36,620 nucleotides of DNA. Origin: Heterodontus francisci (taxonomy: Eukaryota). The notes under the pieces are model-generated. The model was given only the letters and a program-made list of their open reading frames with translations, ran no database searches and was not told where the DNA came from. How positions within the stretch are numbered: position 1 is the first letter of the stretch; every line of letters starts with the position of its first letter. Of the stretch, positions 9,401 to 21,400 are shown one piece after another. The DNA lies in NCBI RefSeq assembly GCF_036365525.1, contig NC_090411.1, forward strand, positions 36,024,833 through 36,061,452, in the 5' to 3' direction. The position numbers and the translations under genes were made by a program.

Positions 9401-12400
9401 GGAGGTGTGCCATCCTGCCATTCACATCATCTAGACACATCATTCATTTCTTTGTTTGTCCCATTACCACTCTTACTGAAACTTTTGTCACTTTAATCAG
9501 TCTTGCCCTCCACCCTATCACAGATCTTCCCTTTTGCTCTTCTTCACTCCTCCTGCTCACTTTCACCTGCTCAAAGCCTATTACGTTTGGAACTTTTCTC
9601 AGTTATGATGAAAGGTCACAGACTTGAAACATTAACTCTGTTTCTCTCTTCACAGATGCTGCCTGACCTGCTGAGTATTTACAGCATTTTCTATTTTTAT
9701 GACACAGATTTAAGGTTTTGGGCAAGAGATACAGGGGTGATGTGAGGAAGAACATTTTTATACACGAGTAGTAATGACCTGGAACTCGCTGCCAACGAGG
9801 GTTTTAAAAGGAAATTGGATGGGACTTTGAAGGAAATAAAGTGTAAAGCTATGGGATAGAGCTGGGCAATGGAACTGACTGAATTGCTCTACAGAGAGCT
9901 GTCGTGGACTTGCTGGGCCAAATGGCCTCCTTCTGTGTAGTCATGACTCTATGACCCATCCTACCCACCACCCTGGTACCTGTGCCACGATGGCCTCAAG
10001 GTCCATGAGCTGGGTTTTCTTCTCCATATTCTCCGTTTCCACATATTCCAGCTTTTCCTTGATATGGGTCATCACCCCAATGGTAAATTCAATTTTCTTC
10101 CGCATTTTTGTGACTTCCTGTAAAATGAACATCAGGTCTGAATACCTGTCATTTTTCTAATATTCCATTAAAAGCAAAGTAAAATATAAAACAATTGTCT
10201 CATAAAGTGACAACTTCAATTTTGAAATCCTGCCTACACCAAAATGTTTCCACACCTCATTTAATTTTACATTCTTCCCACTTTTTCTCCTGCTCTGGAG
10301 AAGATACTGGCTGTCACTGGGGTAGAGCGAGTGACAGAGCACACTTTACCAGCAGCAACATCAGCAACAGGAATGTCAGCTTATTCTTGTCCAGATCAGT
10401 TGTATTGACCTGAGCTGGTCCCAATAGAATTCTGACATCCTTGCATCAAGGTACTTGGTGTGTTTTTGTTTTCTGTTTAGTCTTTAGACACATGGAGTAC
10501 TGTACTGTTGCAGGATTATAGGCAGCAGTTGAAGAAGTTAAATACAATCTATCAATCATTCTAACTTGGTTCCCATGTGGTGTATAAAATCATAGAGTCT
10601 AAATCAGGGCTTGGAAGTTGCCCTGTCCCAGGCCTCAGCCCCACTGGATTTTGGTGGGCCAGGTGGAGACCTGAAATTCTCACATCCTGCCCAATTTCCT
10701 GCCCTTCTGGCCAAAATAGAACTCAGGCCCTCAGGAAATGGTGGGCCCTGAGCTGCTGCATCTCTTTTCCTTGTTAGGAACAGTCTCTACACTAGGCAGT
10801 GCAGTTTAACATTTATTTTACATAGTGAAGTCTGGCATCTGTTGCCAAAAAACGTGGGGTGAAAAAATACACCTTTTATTTTTCCTTCCTGCTTTCCAGG
10901 CTGGGATACAGTTCCACTGGAACTAAGCCTTGGGGTTGGCACCTTTGGGAACAGAGAAAGGAAACAAGGCTAAAAGGAACATTTCACTGTTTGTACAGTA
11001 TCTACATTCTTTTAAAACAGTACATTTGGAAATGCTCCTTTCTGACCTGTTCCCTCTGTCCTTTACTAAAGTGTTAACTCTTGCTGTCTGGCAGCTCCTG
11101 TTTCACGTGTGAACTTTAATAGTGAGCGTGGATGGGCTGATTGATGGTGGGAGGGGAATTCATTCCTGTCCCCACCTGATGTCCGTGAATACATGAGTTG
11201 GAATTTTACGTTGGGCGGGAGGTCCCACCCACGAGCCAAAAAGTCGGTGGTGAGCTTGCTTCTGCAGGCCTGGGGAGCTATGCCAGGATTTTACACCCCC
11301 CCAGGCCCTTAATTGGCCTTGGGCGGGACTTCTGCCCCTTGAGGCAGGAAATCCCGCCTCCAAGAGCTGTTGGCCAATCAGCGGGTTGGCAGCTCTCATT
11401 CCCAGCAGCGCCTCTGGGTGCGGTGACCACTGCTGGGACTGCACCCAGCTTCAGCAACAAGAGGGACGCTGGCCCCGGAAAAAAGGTAAGTTTCTGGGGC
11501 CTTGCCGGGGACAATTGGCCAGGTCTGGACGAGGCAAGGGGGGGTCGGTTTGCGAGGTGGGGTCAGGAGCGTAATGTTGTGTAGTGGGAACGGTTGGGCT
11601 GTGGGGTGGGGGGGAACTTTTTGTGGGCACAGGACACTCGTTCAGGAGGGTTGCCCCCCCCCCAGCTCGCAAGGAGGCAGGCAGGTTTTACTGGGTGGCC
11701 TCCTGTGGGGCCTGAGCCACCTGCCAGCCGCTGATAAAATACCAGCAGCGGTGGGAAGAAGCACTTAAGGGCCTTGATTGGCCTGGAGCGCTGTTTCTCG
11801 CCGCCACTGCCTCTCGTAAAATTGCTGCGGGGTGGCACACCCACCTCCCCACCTCCCACTCAATTGTACAAACCTCCCCCCCATCCCTGCCACCAGCCCG
11901 CTCCTTTGGGGTGGCATAAAGCCATACAGTCCACTAGAATCAATGGACAGTGATTTGAAGTGGGAACTCAGGCTGATTTTTCCCCTCCCCAGTCCAAAGT
12001 TTGAGTTCAGCTGACAATTCAAACTGGGAAACCATTTTTGAGGTCCATATGGCCTGGTGTTACAGTGGGCAGGAAAATGCTCTCATACTCTCTAAGCAGT
12101 TTATTCAACCAAGTTTTTGCAACAGTGGCGCAGTGGTTAGCACCGCAGCCTCACAGCTCCAGCGACCCGGGTTCAATTCTGGGTACTGCCTGTGTGGAGT
12201 TTGCAAGTTCTCCCTGTGTCTGCGTGGGTTTCCTCCGGGTGCTCCGGTTTCCTCCCACAAGCCAAATACTTGCTGGTTGATAGGTTAATTGGCCATTATA
12301 AATTGCCCCTAGTATAGGTAGGTGGTAGGGAAATATAGGGACAGGTGGGGATGTGGTAGGAATATGGAATTAGTGTAGGATTAGTATCAATGGGTGGTTG

Positions 12401-15400
12401 ATGGTCGGCACAGCCTCGGTGGGCCGAAGGGCCTGTTTCAGTGCTGTATCTCTGTAACTGTAACTGTAACTTAAATGGTCTATCCAGCTAGTAGGTGGGC
12501 AGGCACGAGCTCTCTTCCTGTATACCTCATTGCGTTCCTCAATTTTCTCACTGTAAGACTGGTTCTCGATTTTCAGCTGCTCATAGTCGATCAGGTTTAG
12601 TCCACCAGCCAGTTCCTCCTTCGCCTTAAGTTGATGCTCATAAAACTTCAGTTTATTCTTCATCTTGATAGTCAGGAATCGAATCTGCCTCATCTCCTTC
12701 TCTTTCTGTTCTTCAATAGTCTGAATNNNNNNNNNNNNNNNNNNNNNNNNNNNNNNNNNNNNNNNNNNNNNNNNNNNNNNNNNNNNNNNNNNNNNNNNNN
12801 NNNNNNNNNNNNNNNNNNNNNNNNNNNNNNNNNNNNNNNNNNNNNNNNNNNNNNNNNNNNNNNNNNNNNNNNNNNNNNNNNNNNNNAAAGAGGTGTGTTA
12901 TTATTTTCTTTTTTGTGTGAATTTAAGAGGTGCTCTCCTGAGCTTAGGATCAAAGAATATTGTTCCAGAAGATTGGAAGCTTTACTCTGTGTCTAAGCCA
13001 TGCATTAACTGATCTGACTGTGCTTGATACTGACAGTGGGTGCCCACAATGGAAAATGCCTCGTTATGTCTGTCTGAGATCTAATAAGGGAAATTCCATG
13101 AACTATTGCCCCTCACAGGAACACACAGCTATATGGGGCTTGGATCGGGGAACTGGGATTCCCATGTTATAGATCTAATTCTGCTCCCTTTAAAAACAGC
13201 TTCTTTGCTGACAGTGTATGATCATGGAATCACTTTGACCACTGGCCCATAACCGGGAGGCTCTTCCAGCATCTCTCTTACCGCTGGACAGGATTCAAAA
13301 GAAAATCTTATGCTTTCACTTCTTGTCTCCAACCTCTCTCAGTCTCCATCCATCTTATCAACTCTGCTCTGGCCTCTGAACTTTCCATTCTTGTTTCTAC
13401 TAAGTTCCAACTATGCTATTCTACCTCCTCACTGTATTAAAATTCAAGCTCCAATTCCGAAGGTCAGGCAAGAATGCACAGGCTCATGTGACAGGCTGAT
13501 ACATATGATAGCATGGCTGGAAAAATCAAACGAGACAGCAGCTTTTAATGGGCTGCAGCTTGCTACAAGAGGGGGAGTTGTTGTGGCAGAAAAGTAGCCC
13601 AATTGTTCATAATAGCACAGTGGAGACACGTAGGCAACACTCTGTCCTTGAACATGCACTCTTTCATCATGTCTAAGTTGCAAGGGAAGGTGTGGGTGAC
13701 AAGCCAAGGATGAGCAGAGAGATGCTAAGGTGTCAGGGTTAAATTGCAGCTCTGCTGTTAGTTTCTGAGTGTCGTTCATGGTCAAGGGTGTGTTCTCCTG
13801 AGAAACATCCTCTCTGTCTTTCTTGTTCAATTAATGCAGGCACAAGGACAATGAAGGCCTCACGTCACATCAGGCCTTAATTTTCCAACCCGCACCCAGA
13901 GCCAGTAAGGCTCCAAACTGCAAGTGGAGCCTCATATAATCTCTTAGTTTGCCCTTCTTCCGAGAAATGTTTAAAACCAAAGCTAGCTGCCAAACTAATA
14001 CCACATCTGATTTATCTCATCTTTTCACTTGCTTTTTTTCAACCTTGGTAGTGTCCTGTGTTATAGACTGTGCACCTTTACCTAGGTTTCCCAATTTGAA
14101 AAAAACACTGGGGACTAAACAACACTGCTTTTCATTTACATGGAGCTTTTCATATTGAAAAAATATCCCAAGGGTCTTTAAAGAAGTGGAGGGAGGATGG
14201 TGGGAGAGAAAAGACAAAATGCACAATCTGACATTTGCAAGTGGCTAATAATTTATGCAGTTTGTATTTAGAAAAATGTCACTCCCAGAAACCACTAAAA
14301 GTAATGGTCAACCTACCAGTAGTGCTGCATGTCTCCCTGGTCGTTTGTTTATTGCAGTCTTTGCCACAACTTTCTTCCTCGACATAAACATCCTCCATGC
14401 ATATTCTGTCAACTGCTGCTTCTCCTCACACTCAGCATTGAGATCAGCAATCTGTTTCCGGTACAACTTGACCTCCTCTCTATATTTGGCCTGCAACTTA
14501 GCCAGAGTGTCTGTGCAAGAGAAGCAAACTTCAATCAGTGACATCAATTCCAGATCTTCTTTACCATTTTCAATTTTCTCCCCTCCTTTCCTGATGATGC
14601 AAACACTTACTGGGGTAGACTGTTGTAGGCTACAGATATATGCCCACTGATACATGCCATCAGGACCATTCTATATATAAATCCAGACAGTGAGAGTTAG
14701 AAGACTATTCAATTGTGGAAAGCACCAAGGCCAAACTGTCCTTAACTGATAACCCACATACATGCACAGTCCCACCCCTCCTTTCACACAGTGCATTCCA
14801 GATCACAACTCACTGCCTAAAAATTGTTCCTTCACTGGATTCAGGGTGAAGGAACCCTGACTAATTTCTTTTTTCCTCCCTAACTGAGGGTGATTTAGGC
14901 CAGTTGTAACAAATTGTCTGTCCAGTTGAGAATAGCTAACTCAAACAGATTATGCAGAAAACTTCAGACCTTCTGATCAGCATGGTTTAGTACTACATAA
15001 ACTGGTGCTTTCCCCCATGAAGGCAGCTGCTCATTGCCTATCTGTGAATGCCCCTAGTTTTCCAGCACAGACTCTTAACCAATAGATTAATGGTGGAGTT
15101 GGGGCTGAGGAATCTTCTTGGAGGAGAGTAGATTTAATTTCTATATCTAACCCATGCTGTACTTGCCCTGGGAGCTTTTGATGGGGACAATGTAGAGGGA
15201 GTTTTACTCTGTATCTAACCCCGTGCTGTACCTGTCCTGGGAGTGTTTGATGGGGACAATGTAGAGGGAGCTTTATTCTGTATCTAACCCCGTGCTGTAC
15301 CTGCCCTGGGAGTGTTTGATGGGGACCATGTAGAGGGAGCTTTATTATGTATCTAACCCTGTGCTGTACTTGCTCTGGGAGTGTTTGATGAACTAGTGTC

Positions 15401-18400
15401 GGGGAGTCTTTATTCTGTATCTATCCCATGATGCATTGTCATACCTTGTTATACCACCTAATGAGCAAACGAAAAACATTGAGGCAAAACCCTTCTACTC
15501 TCCGTCTAGGCAGTGTTCAAACTCAGGTTTTTGAGGTTAAGAACCAGTCATCAAATGGCCTACACCACACGTAGCTACTTATAGGAATATGGGAACAGGG
15601 TTGGCCATTCAATCCCTCAAGCCTGTTAGATCATGGTTGATCTGTATCTCAACTCCATCTACCCACCTTGGTTTGGTAACCCTTAATTAACCCACTGAGG
15701 GACACCACTAGTCAGATCCTGTCAACTACTGTACATAACTCTCTGAATCTCTCCTATCCAATTCCATACCCTTGTCAACAGTTTGCCTCCCATTTCATGA
15801 TGCACAGAATGAAACAGTATAAAAGGAGGCTATTTGATCCATCGTGCCTGTGCTGGCTCTTTGAAAGAGATATTTAATTAGCCCAACTCCCCCTGCTCTT
15901 TCCCCATAGCCCTGCAAATGTTTTATTTTCAAGTATTTATCCAATTCTCTTTAGAATGTTATTACTGAATCTGCTCCCACCCCTCCTTTCACACAGTGCA
16001 TTCCAGATCACAACTGACTGCGTAAAAATTGTTCCTTCATGTTGCCATTGGTTCTTTTGCCAATCACCTTCAATCTGTGTCCTCTGGTTACTGACCCTCT
16101 TGCCAACGGAAACAGTTTCTTATTTTCTCTATCAAACCCTACATGATTTTGAACAGCTCTATTAAATTTCTCCCAACACTTCTCTGCTCTAAGGAGAATA
16201 ACACCAGCTTCTTCAAGTAACTGAAATCCCACATCCCTGGTATCATTCTAGTAAATCTCCTCTGCACCTTCTCCAAGGCCTTGATATTCTTAAAGTATGG
16301 TGCTCAAAATTGAACACAATCCTCCAAGTGAGCCCTCAGCAGTGTTTTGTAAAAGTTTTGGAATAACTTCTTTGCTTTTGTAATCTTTACTTGTAGTTAT
16401 AAAGTCAATGATCCCATGTGCTTTTTTAACAGCCTTCTCAACTTGTCCTGCCACTTCAAAGATTTGTATACATATACCGACAGGACTCTTCCTGCAACCC
16501 CTTTAAAATTGTACCATTTTGTTTATATTACCAAAATGAACTCACCCCTTTGGAAACTTAGGAGTGCCAGAAGTAGCCAGCTGCTAACGATCCTCATAGA
16601 GTCATAGAGTTATACAGCACAGAAACAGGCCCTTCGGCCCATCGTGTCCATGCCGGCTATCAAGCACCTATCTATTCTAATCCCATTTTCCAGCACTTGG
16701 CCCGAAGCCTTGTATGATATGTTCCTGGCTGAACATCTCTTTTGTTCAGAAACATCCGTTATTAAAGGTCTTTCTAATAGGGGGTGTGGGATAACTGAAA
16801 GGAGTGTGGTGAATGTTAGGACTGTTAACTTCGGTATAATTCTCTTATGTGGAACCTTATCGAATGCCTTCAGAAAGTCCACATAAATAACATCCTTACC
16901 CATAGTTAATATCTCAAATAACTCAACTAGGCTCTTTGGTTTAATCTTTACTGTCAACATTGGATTTAAGCTCATTCCCAGAGTTGACATGACAATGTTT
17001 CTATATCTCCAGCCCTTTTCACACCCTCATTTTTCCCTTACCCATGAACTTCACGTATCGTTGTTCGTAGTCTGAGTGGGTTTTCTTTAACTCGATATTT
17101 GTTTCCTCTATCTTCTTCTTGCGGTAGTAATCTGCTAGCTTGTTCTGTATTTGGCTGTTATGGTTCTTCAACCTCTGCCGTTCCACAAATAACGCCTGAG
17201 CAACAACAGGAGCAAAAGGATTTCAATCAGCATTCTATTTTATAATAGTAAATCTATCTCCCAACAACCTTTTCTCATTAAATGAGAATTGATAGATCAG
17301 GGATTTACCTTGTTGTTTGACATTGTACAAAAAATTAACAGTTTAAACTAGACTGGACATTGGGTGGTTTTCTTTTCCGAGAGAGTAGTGAGCCTCTGGA
17401 ATACGCTGCCAGCTGGCACACTGGGTGCTGACATTGTCTTCAAGAAGGAGCTGCACCAATTCTTGACTGGGGCAGGAGATAACATCATATGGAACATATG
17501 TCCAACATACAACCCCCGGGCCAGGATCTGGCCTGCCAGAGTTTCCATCTGGCCTGCAGATGTATTTCAGAGATGAGAAATTTTCCATTGTCTTCTTCTT
17601 TCAGATCGCTTTTTAAAACATCACGCTGTCAGTTTCACAGCTGACAGGTGCTGACATCGGGAACAGCAGTTTCCCAACTTCAGACAGCTTTGGGGTTTTC
17701 TGGCAGGTTCCAACTTTTTTTTAAAAGCCCGCTGGAAAAACCCAAAGCTGTCTGAAGTTGGGAAACCGCTGTTCCTGATGACAGCACCTGTCAGCTGCGA
17801 AACTGACAGTGTAAATTTTTTTAAAAACTAACCAACCACAAAGCTGCTGTGCTGAGCGCTCTCACACCCTGCAACTGTTAGAAAGAGAGAGAGAGAGAGA
17901 GAGCGCGGGGGAAGGGGCAGGGGGGGGAGGAGCAGAAAAAGAGAGAGGGGGCAGAGAGAGAGAGAAAGACAGACAGAGGGGGGTAAAAAGAGAGAGAAGG
18001 GGGCAGAGGGTGGGGCAGAGAGAGAATGGGGCAGGGAAAGGGAGAGGGGGCGGGGGGGCAGAGAGAGAGAAAGGGGGACACAGAGAGAGAGACTGGGGGA
18101 CAGAGAGAAAGAGAGAGAGGCGGGACAGACAGAGAGAAGGAGAGACAGAGGGACAGAGAGAAGGGGGGGGCGACAGAGAGAGAAACAGGAGGGACAGAGG
18201 TAGGGATGACACAGAGCGAGGATAACAGAGAGGTGGGGTATCAACAGAGACGGGGGACACGGGGAGAGAGACAGACAGACAGACAGAAAGAGAGAGGACA
18301 GAGAGTGATCTAGATCACGCCCAATAGATGGACATCTATCTGGAATACTCCACATCGCTACTACAAGTGTGCAGGCAAACACTGACTACTGTGCAAGCAA

Positions 18401-21400
18401 AAAAATGCCAGGTAATGCCAACATAGTAATGGGAAAGTAAGTCAATAAATTAATCTTCTCATTTAAAGCTTCTTCATAAAAATGCACATTTATTGTTGTT
18501 TTGATCAATAGTGAGATAAATATTTAGTGCCTTTATGTTTCCGAAATTGTCTCACCAGCTCCCCATGTAAAACAAAAATTGTAATGTACCCCCCCTACAC
18601 GAAAATCTTAGACACCCCTGATATAGAAGGTAAGTATCTTTGTAAATAGCACTTAATCCGCGTGATCTCCTCGACTGGTTTTGATCGGCTGAAGGGATAA
18701 GAGAGGAATTTTACGAATATTTTTCCCTCATTGGCCCTGGAGTTTTTTCTGTTTTTCTTTGCCCCTTTCAGGAGTTTGTGCCCTGGTTGAGAAGTGGGGC
18801 AGAGGAGGAAAGAAGGAGGTATTTAGTCACAATGCCCCAGCCATCATGAGTGTAGGGAAGGCTTGATCATCTTTTCTTACCTGTCCATTTCTTATGGTCT
18901 TCTGTCATTTGAATGTGACAGTAAACCCAGACCTTGTCTGCCCATTCAGGTGGATTTTCAAAATTCTATGGTATTATTCAATGAAGGCAGGAAGTTCTCC
19001 CAACGACTCGGTCAACATCCTTCCCTCAGCCAACATCCAAAAAGAGATTAATTGGTCATTCATCCCATTGTTGTTTACGGAAATTTGCTAGATGCAAGTG
19101 CAGCAACTAATAGTCAATGCACTTCAAAGCAAGTAATTGTATACAAAACACTTCCACATATTTTTGAGAGTTGGGATAAGCTGCTAGATAATGTAAGTCT
19201 TTTTTCTTTATCACATGACACTGAGAATGTTATATACTGGACCTTATAACAGATCAATTTGCCTTACTTCCCTTAGTTTCCCTCTTATAACCTACAAGCT
19301 TTTAGAAACCTAATGAATTGAAAAAAAGAATGGATGAAAAAAGGCTTGCCTTTATAAAGTGCCCTAATGTGATCTCTGAAACATCTCATTGCACTATTGT
19401 AACGTGAGTAAATGTGAAATAAAAGAAAGGATTTTTAAAAATTCATTCATGAGATGTGCCCATCCCTAATTGCCTTTGAGAAGGTGGTGGTGAGCCTCCT
19501 TCTTAAACTGCTGCAGGCCATGTAGTGTAGGTACACCAACAGTGCTGTTAAGCAAGGAGTTCCAGGATTTTGACCCAGCAACAATGAAGGAACAGTGATA
19601 TATTTCCATGTCAGGATGGTGAGTGGCTTGGAGGAGAACTTGCAGGTGGTGTTGTTCCCATTTGTCTACTGCCCTAGTCCTTCTAGGTGGTAGAGGTCGT
19701 GGGTTTGGAAGCTGCTGTCGAAAAAGCCTTGGCAAGTTGCTGCAGTGCATCCTGTAGATGGAACACACTGCTACCACTGTGCATTGGTGGTGTAGGGAGT
19801 GAATATTGAAGGTGGTGGAAGGGATGCCAATCAAGTGGACTGCTTTCTCCTAGATGCTGTCGAGCTTCTTGAGTGTTATTGGATTTGCACTCATCCAGGC
19901 AAGGGGAGAGTATTCCATCACACTCCTGACTTGTGCCTTGCAGACGGTGGACAGGCTTTGGGTATCAGGAGATGGGTTACTCGCTGCAGAATTCCCAGCC
20001 TCTGACCTGCTCTTGTAGCCGCAGTATTTAAATGGCTGGTTCAGTTACATTTCTGGTCAATAGCAACCCCCGGATGATAATAGGGGATTCAATGTGGAGT
20101 AATCAGTTCAGTCATAAACTTATTGAATGGCAGAGCAGGCTCAAGAGGCTGAGTGGCCTACTCCTGCTCCAAATTCGTATGTTTGTATATTCATATTCCG
20201 TGATGGTAATGACATTGAATGTCAAAGGGAGATGGTTAGATTCTCTCTTGTTGGAGATGGCATTGCCTGGCACTTGTGTGGCATAAATGGTACATGCCAC
20301 TTATCAGCCCAAGCCCAAGCCTGAATGTTGTCCAAAACTTACTGCATGTGGGGCACAGACTGCTTCAGTATCTGAGGGGTTGTGAATGGTACTGAATACT
20401 GCAATCATCAGTGAACATCCCCACTTCTAACCTTATGTTGGCAGGAAGGATATTGATGAAGCAGCTGAAGATGGTTGGGCTTAGTACACTACCCTGGGGA
20501 ACTCCTGCAGCAAAATCCTGGGCCTGAGATGATTGGCCTCCAACAACCGCAAGTCCCTTCCTTTGTGCTAGGTATGACTCCAATCAGTGGAGAGGTTTCC
20601 CCCAGATTCCCATTGACTTTATTTTTGCCAGCGCGCCTTGATGCCACACTTGGTTAAATGGGCGGCGTAGTGGTTAGCACCGCAGCCTCACAGCTCCAGC
20701 GACCCGGGTTCAATTCTGGGTACTGCCTGTGTGGAGTTTGCAAGTTCTCCCTGTGTCTGCGTGGGTTTCCTCCGGGTGCTCTGGTTTCCTCCCACAGCCA
20801 AAAGACTTGCAGGTTGATAGGTAAATTGGCCATTATAAATTGCCCCTAGTATAGGTAGGTGGTAGGGGAGTATAGGGACAGGTGAGGATGTGGTAGGAAT
20901 ATGGGATTAGTGTAGGATTAGTATAAATGGGTGGTTAATGGTCGGCACAGACTCGGTGGGCCGAAGGGCCTGTTTCAGTGCTGTATCTCTAAATCTAAAA
21001 AAAAAATCTCAAGTGTCCTTTCAGTGAACTTGGGTAAAAAAAACACATCCATGGAAATAAAATATTAAAAAAGGAAGGACTTTTGTAACAGGTTACAGAT
21101 TGTGGTTGAATACAATTCTGCTGCTGATAAGGGCCCACAGCAACTCATGGATGCCCAGTTTTGAACTGTTGGATCGGCTCCGAATCTTGTATTTTTATAA
21201 CACCTTTCATAACCTCAGGAAGTCCCAATGCTCTTTACAGCCAATGAAGTACTTTTGTAGTGTAGTCACTAATGTAAAAAATGAGGAGCCAATTTGTTCA
21301 CAACAAGATCCTACAACAGGAATAATGATCAGATGATCTGTTTTTAGTTATGTTGATTGTGGGATAAATACTGACTCGGAAACTAAGGGGAACTCCCCTG

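Larger units (their letters stand above)
17495..18620. mobile_element. Non-autonomous hAT (Charlie-like) DNA transposon
   Basis: Right end ttagacacccctg (TIR CAGGGGTGTCTAA), decayed left end ca..tgtccaac, 8-bp TSD atat[g/a]gaa at 17487-17494 and 18621-18628. Inserted in a CR1 3' fragment. Confidence 0.7.

Noticed and set aside
10607-10730. Possible short MITE (gggcttggaagt ... aactcaggccc)
   Set aside because: The terminal match is short and imperfect, with no clear TSD or second copy in the window.
11160-12022. Many overlapping ORFs on both strands
   Set aside because: Stop-poor GC-rich repeat; no domain similarity and not needed for the CCDC96 model.
12123-12190. tRNA-like sequence (also at 20660-20725)
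   Set aside because: Head of a tRNA-derived SINE continuing into the V-domain; no full cloverleaf.
12631-12996. ORFs containing X runs
   Set aside because: They span the assembly gap; only the - strand exon 10 frame is credible.
15138-15430. Regularly spaced repeats resembling a CRISPR array
   Set aside because: Units are contiguous with no unique spacers, the context is eukaryotic and there are no cas genes.
17828-18382. Several Leu/Ser/Pro- or Arg/Glu-rich ORFs
   Set aside because: Artefacts of the GA-rich low-complexity tract.
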